From Malacoraja senta (taxonomy: Eukaryota), in the NCBI GenBank assembly GCA_038087875.1, contig CM075997.1:8930001-8994000 (forward strand): a stretch of DNA of 64,000 nt, read 5' to 3'. Shown here piece after piece: positions 13,538-25,069 of the stretch (its first letter is position 1; each line of letters opens with the position of its first letter). The position numbers and the translations under genes were made by a program. The notes beneath the pieces are model-generated. The model was not told the DNA's origin. It saw only the letters and a list, made by a program, of their open reading frames with translations, and made no database searches.

Positions 13538-14602
13538 GTGGCTGCAGAAATGGATACAAGATCTAAGAAAGAGTTTGATGACTTGAAGAAATCAGTGAAA
13601 AATATGAAAGATGAGATTTTGGACGAAAATAAAATTATGATGGAAAATATGAAGGAAAATATGAAGGAAGATAAGAAGGAAATGAAGGAAAATATGAAGG
13701 AAGATAAGAAGGAAATGAAGGAAAATATGGCAAAAATGATGGAAGGAATGGAGAAGATGATGAGGGAATTAAATGCTGGTAACCAGAAGAATATGATTGA
13801 TTCACTGGACATTATGAATAAACGAATTGATGAGGTGAAAGATGGACTATCAGAGAGAATGGACAAGATGGATGAAACTACTACGGATAAGTTCACGGTT
13901 GTGCTTGAAACAGTAGCTGCAAGTGTGCGCACAATTACGGAATTGGAGAAAAACACGGCTCGAATGGTTGAAGACATGGCGAAAATGAGGCAAGAACATG
14001 AGCAAATGAGGCGAGAAAACGAACAAACTTCACTACAGATGGTGACTCAACTGGAGAAAGTCTCAGTCAAATGCCTGGACCTGGAAGCTCGCTCTAGACG
14101 CCAGAATTTGAGAATTCTTGGAGTTTCAGAGGGAGCCGAAGGGGAGGATGTACGTGAATTTGCCATGGGCTTGCTTAAACAACTGCTGAATCTTTCCAAA
14201 GAACCGAAAATCGAAGTGGCTCATCGTGTCCCAAGATTTAAACAAAGATCTGGTGCGGGAAAAACTTATCCACGACATATTATTGTGAAATTTCGGGACA
14301 TTTTAGAACTGGAAGATGTTATGAGTAAAATCAGATACGGGGTGCAACTGCGGCTGGACAATGACACTATTAAGATATTCAGGGACTACCCGTATGAAAT
14401 TGTGCAAAAAAGAAACAAATTTGAGAAGGTTAAAGATCTTTTAAGAGGAGAGAAGGGGTCAGATTTGGGATTTTTTATCCCGCGAAAATGCGTATTTCCT
14501 TTAAGGGTCTTGAAAAGTCATTTGTTAAGCCTGAAGATGCGTTTAAATATGCTCAAACTATCGTTGAAAAATAGAAGGTTTGGCAGACCTGAACCATTTT
14601 AA
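13538..14602 (+). pseudogene. L1-a ORF1p (coiled coil, RRM, CTD), frameshift near 14470
   Basis: DLEARSRRQNLRILGV, AHRV, PRHIIVKF, IFRDYP; homology to the other ORF1s changes frame at the T8 run. Confidence 0.88.
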
Positions 14603-15398
14603 GCAATGCTTTGTCTGGGGATAGTTACACTGTTATCTTTGGAATGTTGAATCAAGGACACTTCCTGTTCAAAACGAGTAAACAACTAAACAGATGGGAT
14701 TGGTATTTACCAGAAAGCATATAATTGCTTATTAGATTATAATATTATAACCAATTGTAAGAACTTATCCTATTAACAACTTAATAAGTTATGCATGTTA
14801 GATTAGAATACTAATAAAAACAAAAATAAAAAATAACGAACTAACATACTAATATGAATTTTTAATAAACTGAAACTTATCTATAAGTGGGAGGAGGGGA
14901 TGAGAAACGAGCAACTGGCTTAGGTCCAGGGGCACGTCTCGTTAACCCCTTCCACCATCAGTTGATTCTTATTGAAGTCAAAAGTATTGGTTTAATAATT
15001 AGTAGTTAAAATTCCGATATATATATATGTTATAATGAAACATACAGGGTAAAATTGTATTATATATTTGAATGTGAGGCCTCGTTTTAATATTATAATA
15101 TGTTATGATTAACCAAGAGAGCGGAGCTATTTGTGTAACAACGCAATGGAAGTCAAAACAAGGTTTTTTTCCCACCTACAGGTGGGAAACTCGCTACAGT
15201 GCCGACTTTATCAGACACTGTATCTTCACTTTTTTAGTTTTTTTTTATCACATAAAATCACTTGTTTGTGTTTTGTGTTTAGTGATAAGCGTAAAATGGA
15301 CATACCAGCAAAACTTAAAAACTCAAAAGCTCCCCCAATACCTAAAGACCTGGGATTTGGATGCACCACAAGATTTAAAGGTACTATAATTATTCAAA

Positions 15399-18300
15399 AT
15401 GCATGACACCACACAAAAGAACCTAGGAGGAATCTCATTTTGTAGTTGGAATATAAGAGGTATTAACGAACCTATTAAAAGGGGTAAGATACTAGCTCAG
15501 CTGAAATTGTACAACTCCGACATTACCTTCCTACAAGAAACACACCTAAAATCTCAGGATCAAGTTGGGTTGAGGGCGAAATGGATAGGTCAAAAATACC
15601 ATTCTTCATTTACTTCAAAATCTAGAGGCACGTCAATCATCATAAGAAAAGGTATACCATTTATAGCAAAGAATATTATAACAGATATAGAAGGGAGATA
15701 CCTAATAGTTAATGGAGAAATCCATGACACTCCACTTACTTTGGTAAATATATATGCCCCTAACTTTGATAACCCCCACTTTTTAAATACAATTTTCAAC
15801 ATAATTGCAGAGTCAAACTATCAAAATGTTATAATAGGAGGAGACTTAAACTGTGTTTTAGATCCGTACTTAGATAAATCAAGTCAAAAACAGAGAGGGA
15901 ATATGAAATCTAAAACTGGGGAACTTCTCAATACCTATATAAACAACACTAATATAGCAGATGTTTGGAGAATTGTTAATCCAACTGGCAGGGAATACTC
16001 GTTTTACTCAATGGTACATAAGACATACTCACGTATAGACTACTTTCTGCTGGATACAAAATTAATCCCCCAAACATCTAATGCAATATACCACACAAAC
16101 TCGATTTCAGACTATTCTCCACTAACTTTCTTTTTAAAACTGGAAGGATTGTCTAAGAATAAATCGTTTTGGAGATTTAATTCTCAAATTCTAAAAGATC
16201 CACAAGCGAGTATATATTTAAAAGAACAAATGGAGGTCTTATTTCAAATAAATGATACTCCAGATATATCGCCCACTGTATTATGGGAATCTTTTAAAGC
16301 ATACATTAGGGGTATTATAATTTCATATCAAGCTTTTCAAAATAAAAAGAATAAGAATGAACAAAGACAGTTAGAAGAACTTATTAGACAAATGGATATA
16401 GATAATGCTAAAGATCCATCAATAGATAAACATAATAAAATAATAATTTTGAAATTTAAATTAAATAAATTATTATCTGCTAAACTTATAAGACTTTTTC
16501 AAATTACAAAACAAGAGCACTTTGAATTTGGGGATAAACCGCATAAACTTTTGCCTCGCCAGCTAAAAAAACGAGAAAAGGAACATACTATACCAAAGAT
16601 CAAATCAGATAAAGGGGAATTATTAACAACACCAAAGGATATTAATAATAGATTTGCGCAATTTTATCAGAATTTGTATACATCTAAAACGACAATTGAT
16701 TCCAATAATATCACAAAGTTCTTGGATACCTGTAATCTTCCAAAGTTAGAACTGAAGGAACAAGAGGAACTGGGTGCACAAATCTCAATTAAGGAATTAG
16801 AAGATACAATAAACTCACTAAAGAATGGAAAAACACCAGGCCCTGACGGATTTACTAATGAATTTTATAAAAGCTTTTATGATAAAATAATACCAAGATT
16901 ACAAAAAATGTACCAATATGCTTTTAAAAAACGAATACTCCCTGATACATTAGCGGAATCAACGATTACATTAATACCTAAGAAAAATAAAGACTTAGAA
17001 GAACCTGGTTCATATAGAGCTATAGCATTGTTAAACACAGATCAAAAAATATTAGCGAAAACATTAGCTAGAAGATTAAGTAAATACATTAGTAAATTAA
17101 TAAACCCAGATCAGACGGGGTTTATCCCTAAGTGATACTCATCTAACAATATGAGACGTCTACTCAACATAATGCACTCACACAAATCTGAAGATCAAGA
17201 ATTATCAATTATTTCGCTGGATGCTGAAAAAGCATTTGATCAAGTAGAATGGAATTATATGGACAAAGTATTACAAAAATTTCAACTGGGGGAGAATTGT
17301 ATTCTATGGATCAAGTTACTATATAACAAACCTACAGCTAGAATACTAACTAACAACATATTATCCTCGAAATTCCAACTATCAAGGGGAAATAGACAAG
17401 GATGCTCATTATCACCACAGCTGTTTGCTCTCATTATTGAACCGCTAGCAGAAAAAATAAGAATACACCCTGATATCCATGGATATAATACTAAAGATTC
17501 ATATAATAAAATATCTTTATACGCGGATGATATATTACTGTACATTACAAAACCTCAAATCACTATACCAAATATATTAAATTTAATTGAAGACTTTGGA
17601 TCTTCTTCTGGATATAGAATAAATTGGAATAAAAGTGAAATTATGTCAATAAAACCGAAAGATTCAACACATCTTTTAAAATTCCCTTTTAAAATAGCTA
17701 CAGAAAAATTTTAATATTTGGGAATCGAAATTACCAGATCATATCAAGGTATGTTTAGGGCAAATTTTGACCCCTTACTTAATAAATTAAACACACTAAT
17801 TAAATTCTGGAAAACGCTCCCGATGTCTTTAATAGGCCGAATAAACGCAATAAAAATGATCTTTTTACCAAAAATTTTATACCTATTTCAATCAATTCCT
17901 ATATATTTACCAAAGAAGTTTTTTAAAAAACTCGACTCAGATATCACTAATTTTATATGGGACTATAAATCACATAGAATACAAAAAACTCATCTGAATA
18001 AACCTACAGTATTAGGGGGTTTAGCACTACCTAATTTTATGTATTATTATTGGTCAGTAAATATGAAAAATATGATTCAACTGATGGATAACTCCGCCCA
18101 GCAAGTGGACTGGATTGTAATGGAGAAAGAGGATTGCTCCTCTAGAAACATTGGAGCGATCCTCCTCTCTCCAATAAAATTGAATAACATAAATTATAAT
18201 AAGAACCCAATTATTCATAGTACAATCCGAATTTGGAAACAAATAAAACAAAATTTAAAATTAAGAAATGTATCACTTTTATTACCTATAGTCAATAACC

Positions 18301-19190
18301 CTTCGTTTAATCCTTCTATTATAGATAAAGCTTATACACAATGGGATAGATTAGGAATTAAAACGCTTGGTGACTTGTATGAAACTGGAAAATTACTTTC
18401 ATTTCAACAATTACAAATAAAATATAAACTCGGAAATAATCAATATTTTAAATATTTTCAAATATGCGACTATTTGAAAAAATATACAAAAGATCATTAT
18501 AATAACCCAGTAGATGTATTGGACGAGGCAATGCAGATAAAAGCGGAATCAGCAAACTTAATATCATATTTGTATAATATTATCTTAAATGTACAAATAC
18601 CATCTACGGAGGGTATCAGAAGAGACTGGGAACAAGAGTTAGCTATTAAAATTTCAAAGGAAAGTTGGAATGAATACTTATTAAACGTGCATAAATGCTC
18701 GATTAATGTAAGACACACTTTAATACAATTTAAAATTTTACATAGATTATATTATTCGAAAACTAAAATTCATAAAATTTTCCCAAATGTATCATCTATT
18801 TGTGATAAATGTAAATCCCAAGAAGCTACTATAGCGCACTCATTCGTTTCTTGTACAAAAATTCAAAAATTTTGGAATTAAATTTTTGAAATCTTTACAA
18901 AGTTATTTAAAACAAGACTGATACCCAAAGCAGAATGGATTATCTTCGGTATAACGGAAGATGGTCCAGAACTAAATGTGTTTCAAAAGAAATTAATGGA
19001 CTATGGGTTAATAACTGGAAAAAAGCTAATTCTAAAATTTTGGAAGAAGGCTCCAATACCAACTATAAATATGTGGATTTCAAATATGTTTGAAACATTA
19101 CACCTAGAAGAGATAAGACTTCTCCTAGCAGGTAAACCAGATCACTTCCACCTGACGTGGTCTGCATTTATAGAATTATTACAAACATAG
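15399..19190 (+). pseudogene. L1-a ORF2p (APE, RT, CCHC) with three in-frame nonsense codons
   Basis: Four ORF pieces share one frame (stops ending at 17135, 17714, 18881); SWNIRG, LQETH, YADD, CDKC..H...C; endonuclease SDH motif reads SDY. Confidence 0.93.
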
Positions 19191-20330
19191 GGTGCATAAG
19201 TACTTTAAAAAAAAAATTGAGGTCAGGTAAGGGGGGATGATAGTTGAAGAGTTGGTATGTCCCATTTACGTAATGCTCATAAAAATATTTGTTTCTCTCT
19301 TTTTCCTCTTTCTCTCTCTCTTTCTTTCCTATGGTCTATTTCTTAACTCTTTTTCTTTTGTTTTTAATTTTGCTCTTATAGGGTCTTCGTCCTTTTTTGT
19401 TGTCACATTTCCTACACTTTCACTTTTTCCTTCACTTTCTTCTTTCTTTCAAACTTTTCCTTTTCTAGTGTAAAAAATAAATGGAGTACATTAATTGTAA
19501 GAAGATATAAATGACGAGTACTAATGTATGTGTTTGTATGTAATGTACTTCTAATAAATAAAAATTTTTTTTTTTTTTTTTTTACTTTGTCTTTAAAAAG
19601 TCTAAGTAACTGATATTTCTGTCCCTGATTATTGTTTCTAAAAAGAGTTCCCACGGTAGAATCACGAGTCACAAAGTTAAACGCACGGGCCACTACGTTC
19701 TTACAACGAGTTTAAATGTTTCAATTTTTAACCACAAGAGTACATTTTACTCGTGGAAAAGTTCAAACATGTTTGAACTTTTGCAAGAGTTAACAAGTTT
19801 CACGTGTACCTCCCGTTAGCGCCAAGAGTCGCTAAGTTGCGTCCACGAGTTCCGACGTTCCCGCTACGTTAATTGTACGTGATTACCACGAGTTAAATTT
19901 GTTTTAAACTCGGGGTCACTCGTGGGTCAACTCGCACAGTGAGACAGCCCTTTTAGCATCCCGCTCATGAGGGCCGAGGGCTTCCGGTCGCCGACCCCGC
20001 CCATGTTGAGGACACGACAGATGCGCTCCATACGGCTCCGCCCGTAGATCCGGAGCACCAGCTCCTTGAGGCCAGTGTCCTCACCCGTCGCCGGCGGATT
20101 ATCCATGTTAAGAACGCCCAACCGGCCGTCTCCTGATCTATGTGGTAACGAGTCTCGTCGGCCGTTATGCCGCGGATGTATAATTGAGACTCGTCCTGTC
20201 GGAACCAAATCCCCGGCTGCGAGTTTCAAAATGTAATCTGCTTCAGAGAGACCGCGTTGAGTTCGGCCTCGTAGGCAACAGCGGCGGAATGCATTTTTTT
20301 TAATTTTACTTCCAGGATTACACTCCTTTG

Positions 20331-20344
20331 CGTCGGGGTCACAA
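20331..20344 (-). promoter_or_regulatory. Primer binding site, tRNA-Trp-like
   Basis: Minus strand TTGTGACCCCGACG, one mismatch to TGGTGACCCCGACG (complement of the tRNA-Trp 3' end). Confidence 0.7.
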
Positions 20345-20345
20345 G

Positions 20346-20619
20346 TGTTGCGGGAACTCGCAGGCGTCCAGCCAAAAACTAAGGGGACACACGTTGTGTG
20401 CGCGACACGTGTTTATTCTCTCCGATACAGCTCCCTACTCCTACAACGTCACGGGCGTTGTCCGGCATTAAATACCAACTGATGTACCAACCCTGTGACT
20501 AGCGCCTCCCAAACCGAGACTCCACCCTCCAGACCCCAGGGTTCGTTGTATACGTGTCTTGACACCAGGTGCCGCCACAATGCTTCATTTCAGCTTCCTT
20601 CAGCAGCTCGTGCGCTACA
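20346..20619 (-). repeat. Gypsy 5' LTR (274 bp)
   Basis: Minus strand TGTAGCG...CGCAACA termini; AATAAA at 20412-20417; directly followed by a PBS. Confidence 0.8.
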
Positions 20620-22479
20620 TGAGAACGCGAGAAGGTAAACAGGTGAACTCGGTGAAGGTAAAAACATAGACATAGGAACATAGAAAATAGGTGCAGGAGG
20701 AGGCCATGCGGCACTTCGAGCCAGCACCGCCATTCATTGCGATCATGGCTGAACGTCCCCAATTAATAACGCGTGCCTGCCTTCTCCCGATATCCCTTGA
20801 TTCCACTAGCACCTAGAGCTCTATCTAACTCTCTCTTAAATCCATCCAGTGATTTGGCCTCCACTGCCCTCTGTGGCAGGGAATTCCACAAATTCACAAC
20901 TCTCTCGGTGAAATCGTTTTTTTCTCACCCCAGTCTTAAATGGCCTCCCCTTTAAAACTAAGACTATGGCCCCTGGTTCTGGACTCGCCCAACATTGGGA
21001 ACATTTTTCCTGCATCTAACTTCTCCAGTCCTTTTATAATTGTATATGTTTCTATAAGAACCCACCTCATCCTTCTAAACTCCAGTGAATATAAGCCCAG
21101 ACTTTTCTATCTTTCGTCATACGACAGTCCCGGCATCCCAGGGACCCGTGCACTGCCTCAATCACAAGGATGTCCTTCCTCAAATTAGGAGACCAAAACT
21201 GTACACAATACCACAGATGTGGTCTCACCAGAGCCCAAAACAACTGCAGAAGAACCTCCTGTACTGAAATCCTCTTGTTATGAAGGCCAACATTCCATTA
21301 GCTTTCTTCACTGCCTGCTGTACCTGCACACCAACTTTCAGTGACCGGTGTACAAGGACACCCGGATCTCTCTGTACCTCCCCCTTAAATAACCTAACCC
21401 CATTGAGATAAGAATCTACCCCCCTGTTTTGCCGCCAATGTGGATAACCTCACATTTATCTATACTACACTGCATCTGCCACGCATCTGCCCACTCGCTC
21501 AACCTGCCCAGTTCACCCTGCAACCTCCTAACATCCTCTTCACAGTTCACACTGCCACTCAGCTTTGTGTCACCCGCAAACTTGCTAGTGTTGCTCCGAA
21601 TTCCCTCGTCCAAGTCATTAATATATATGGTAAACTGTTGCTGCCCCAACACCGAGACTTGCGGCACTCCATTCGCCACTGCCTGCCATTCTGAAAAGGA
21701 CCCGTTCACTCCTACATTTTGCTTCCGGTCTGCCAACCAATTTTCTATCCATGTCAACACCCTACCGCCAATACTATGTGCTCTAATTGCAGTCACCAGT
21801 CTCCCGTGCGGGACCTTATCAAAGGCTTTATGAAAGTCTAGATACACCTCATCCACTGGCTCCCCTTCATCCATTTTACATGTCGCAACCTCAAACAATC
21901 GAAAAGTTTAGTCAAGCATGATTTTCATTTCATAAATCCATGCTGAATTGGAATAATCCCTTTACTGCTATCCAAATGCCCCATTATTACCTCTTTAATA
22001 ATTGACTCCAGCATCTTTCCCATCACCAATGTCAGGCTAACTGCTAGGTAATTCCCAGTTTTCTCTGGCGCTCCTTTCTTGAAAAGTGGGATAACATGAG
22101 CTAACCTCCAATCCACAGGAACTGATCCTGAATCTATTGAACATTGGAAAATGATCACCAATGCGTCCACTATTTCTAGAGCCACCTCCGTGAGGTCCCT
22201 GGGATGCAGACCATCAGGCCCAGGGAATTTATCATCCTTCGGTCCCATTAGACTACCCAATACTATTTCTCGCCGAATAAACATTTCTTTCAGTTCCTCT
22301 ACCCCCTTTGATCATCTGTCCTCCAGTACTACTGGGAGAGTGTTTGTGTCTTCCTTAGTGAAGACAGATCAGAAGTACCTGTTCAACTCTTCTGCCATTT
22401 CCTTGTTCCCCATAATAATTTCACCCGCGTCTGCCTTCAAGGGACACACATTTCACTTTGCTATTCTTTTTTCCTTAAC

Positions 22480-22710
22480 TTTTTTTTAATTTTTTTTTTT
22501 TAAATTAGAATTATTTTACATTACAGTTATCTGCAATAACATAACATAATTTTATACAATGGTCAGTGAGTGAATGAGTGATAGTCAGTGAGTGAATGAA
22601 AGTGGTCTAGGAACACTCTTGTGAACCTAAACCACAAGAAGTACTTAAAGAAGAAAAGAAAAAAAAGAGAAAAAAGAAAATAAGATAGGACAATATGAAA
22701 GGGTCCTATC
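22480..22710 (-). mobile_element. Short poly(A)-tailed insertion (probable L1 3' UTR) in CR1 ORF2
   Basis: Poly-T on + strand at 22480-22501; interrupts CR1 homology. Confidence 0.55.
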
Positions 22711-24270
22711 TTATTCCTGCCATTGCTGTTCCACCGTCATTCCTGCTAGGAACCCTTTCCAGTCTACCTTGGCCAGCTCCTCCCTCATGCCTTCATAGAC
22801 ACCTTTCTTCAACAGTATCACTTCCGATTTAACCTTCTCCTTCTCAAATTGCAGATGAAAACTAATCATATAATGATCACTACCTCCAAGCGGTTCCTTC
22901 ACCTCGAGTTATCTTATCAAATCTGGTTCATTGGATAACACTAAATACAGAATTGCCTTTTCTCTGGTCGGCTCCATTACAAGCTGCTCTGAGAATCTAT
23001 CTCGGAAGCATTCTACAAACTCCCTTTCTTGTGGTCCTGAAACAACCTGATTTTCCCAGTCTACCTGCATATTGAAATCCCCCATCACCACAGTGGCATT
23101 ACCTTTGTTACATGGCAGTTTTAACTCCTGCTGCAACTTACACTCTACATCCGGACTACTGTCTGGGGGTCTGTAAATAACACCAATTAGTGTCTTCGTG
23201 CCTTTACAGTTCCTCAACTCAATCCACGGTGACACGATCTCCTCAGTCCCTATGACTTCCCTCGCAAGGGTCTGCATTCCATCACTCAGCAGAAGAGATA
23301 CCACCCCTCCTCTGCCCACCTGCCTGTCCTTTCTATAGGATGTATAACCCTGAATATCAAGTTCCCATGCGCGATCCTCCTGCAGCCACGTCTCAGTAAT
23401 CCCCACATTGTAATATCTACCAACCGAAAACTGAGCCTCAAGCTGATCTACTTTAGTTATTATACTTCGCGCATTCATATACAATATTTTTTAATTCCTT
23501 CCGTATCTAACCTTTCACATCGATCCCTATTACACTTAGCCATACTCTCCTATCACTTTGTGAGTTTTTTCCCCCGTAAATTCTGGGGTCTCTAACTCTC
23601 TAACTCGCTTTACTCCCTTTCCCTTTAACTCCGTCCTTCACTATCGCATTTGGCACCCCCCCCCCCTTATTTAGTTTAAAACCACCTGTGTAGCTGTGGC
23701 AAACCTGCCTGCCAGAATGCCGGTCCCCCACCTGTTAGGTTACAATCCGTCCCTCTTGTATAGTTCCCCCTTACTGCAAAACAGATCCCAGAGGTTTAAG
23801 AATCTAAATCCCTGCCTCATGCACCAGTTCCTCAGCCACACATTCAGATCCTGTATCTCCCTGTTCGTGCTCTCGCCAGCACGAGGAACTGGAAGCAAAC
23901 CGGAGATAACCATCCTGGAGGGCCTGCCTTTCAGCACTTTTCCCAGTTATCTAAAGTGACGGTTCGGAATATTCAACCCCTTCATTCCGACGTCGTTTAT
24001 GCCATCATGCGCTACCCACTTCCGGCTGTTCACCTTTGTCCCTGGTGATTTCCTGCACTCTGTCCGTGACATCTTGGATCCTGGCACCAGAGATGCAGCA
24101 CACCATCGTCGAATCACGTCTGTTGCCACAGAAACCCTTGTCCGTACCTCTGACAGTGGAGTCTCCAACTTCCACGGCGTTGCCTGACGTCGGACCCTTT
24201 GCTTTTGGCTAAACAGCACTTCTTGCTTCGCAACCCAGTACGCCGATCAGTGCGTTAACGTTTTCTGTCC

Positions 24271-24423
24271 CATAGAAACATAGAAACATAGAAAATAGGC
24301 GCACGAGGAGGCCATTCGGCCCCTCGAGCCAGCACCGCCATTCCCCTATCAATAACCCGTGCCTGCCTTCTCCCCATATACCTTGACTCCACTAGCCCCT
24401 AGTACTCTATCTAACTCTCTCTT
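24271..24423 (-). mobile_element. Very short 5'-truncated CR1 tail inserted in CR1 ORF1
   Basis: CATAGAAACATAGAAACATAGAAAATAGG plus CR1 3' UTR. Confidence 0.85.
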
Positions 24424-25069
24424 ACACCCCGACAGCTTCTAAGTGGGTGAACCTGTTCACAAGTCGTGCAACATCCGGGGACCTTTGCATTCCATATTTC
24501 CTTCCCTTTCTCACCGCCACCAATCTTCTCTCTTCCAGTTCCTTTGGTGTAACAATCTTACTGTAGGACTCGTCGAGCAACGACTCAGTTTCTCGGACGA
24601 ACCTGAGGTCATCCACTTGCTTCTCCAGTTCCCCAACAGGGTCCTTCAGGAGCTGTACCTGGATGCACTTCTCACATTTTTAGCAGCCAGAGGCACCTGC
24701 GGTGTCCATGACCTCCCACATACTACAAGCATTACACTGAATCAGCTTGCTTGACATCTCCTTCTTTCGTCTCGCCCTCTCCTGCGTTTGGTGTATCGTC
24801 CTCCCTCAGCCTCCTCGCCGAAGGCTCGGAGCCAAACACTCGCAGCTTTCTCACTTGGCACATCCCTCACATGGCCGCTCCCTCACTGCCGCTCTCTTAG
24901 AACTGCCTTGCTTATATTGACAGATAAATTGCCCAATTCACCAATTATCAAACCAAATTCCTCAGTTTTAAACTGATTTTCCCCTGTGACTCACTCACCT
25001 TTCCCACAGGCTTCAGCCAATCAGCTCTTCTCCCTGCTTCTCTTTGTTGCTTCTTATTCTTTTCGTGTC

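Larger units (their letters stand above)
13259..19583 (+). mobile_element. Full-length L1 LINE (L1-a), inactivated
   Basis: 5' GACTTCCGGTGGCGCCATG; ORF1, ~800 bp spacer, ORF2, 3' UTR with AATAAA; TSD ACTTTGT at 13252-13258 and 19584-19590. Confidence 0.95.
11823..19952 (+). mobile_element. PIF/Harbinger DNA transposon, internally deleted, containing an L1 insertion
   Basis: ~44 bp TIRs AAGG(T/G)CTGTCTCACTGTGCGAGTTGACCCACGAGTGA(A/C)CCCGAGT; TTA TSD at 11820-11822 and 19953-19955. Confidence 0.92.
10238..20619 (-). mobile_element. Gypsy LTR retrotransposon (5' LTR, gag, protease, RT; 3' part lost), split by a Harbinger insertion
   Basis: gag KPSALMSGML|TLMGDHQPS and CFYHERWGSAARQCRQPC; protease LVDTGA; RT DRYPFPHVQDF, FSKIDLVRGYHQ, MPFGLKNA; Gypsy sequence occupies 10238-11822 and 19953-20619. 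Confidence 0.9.

Noticed and set aside
19765..19774. p53 response element AAACATGTTT
   Set aside because: Single half-site, explained by the Harbinger palindrome
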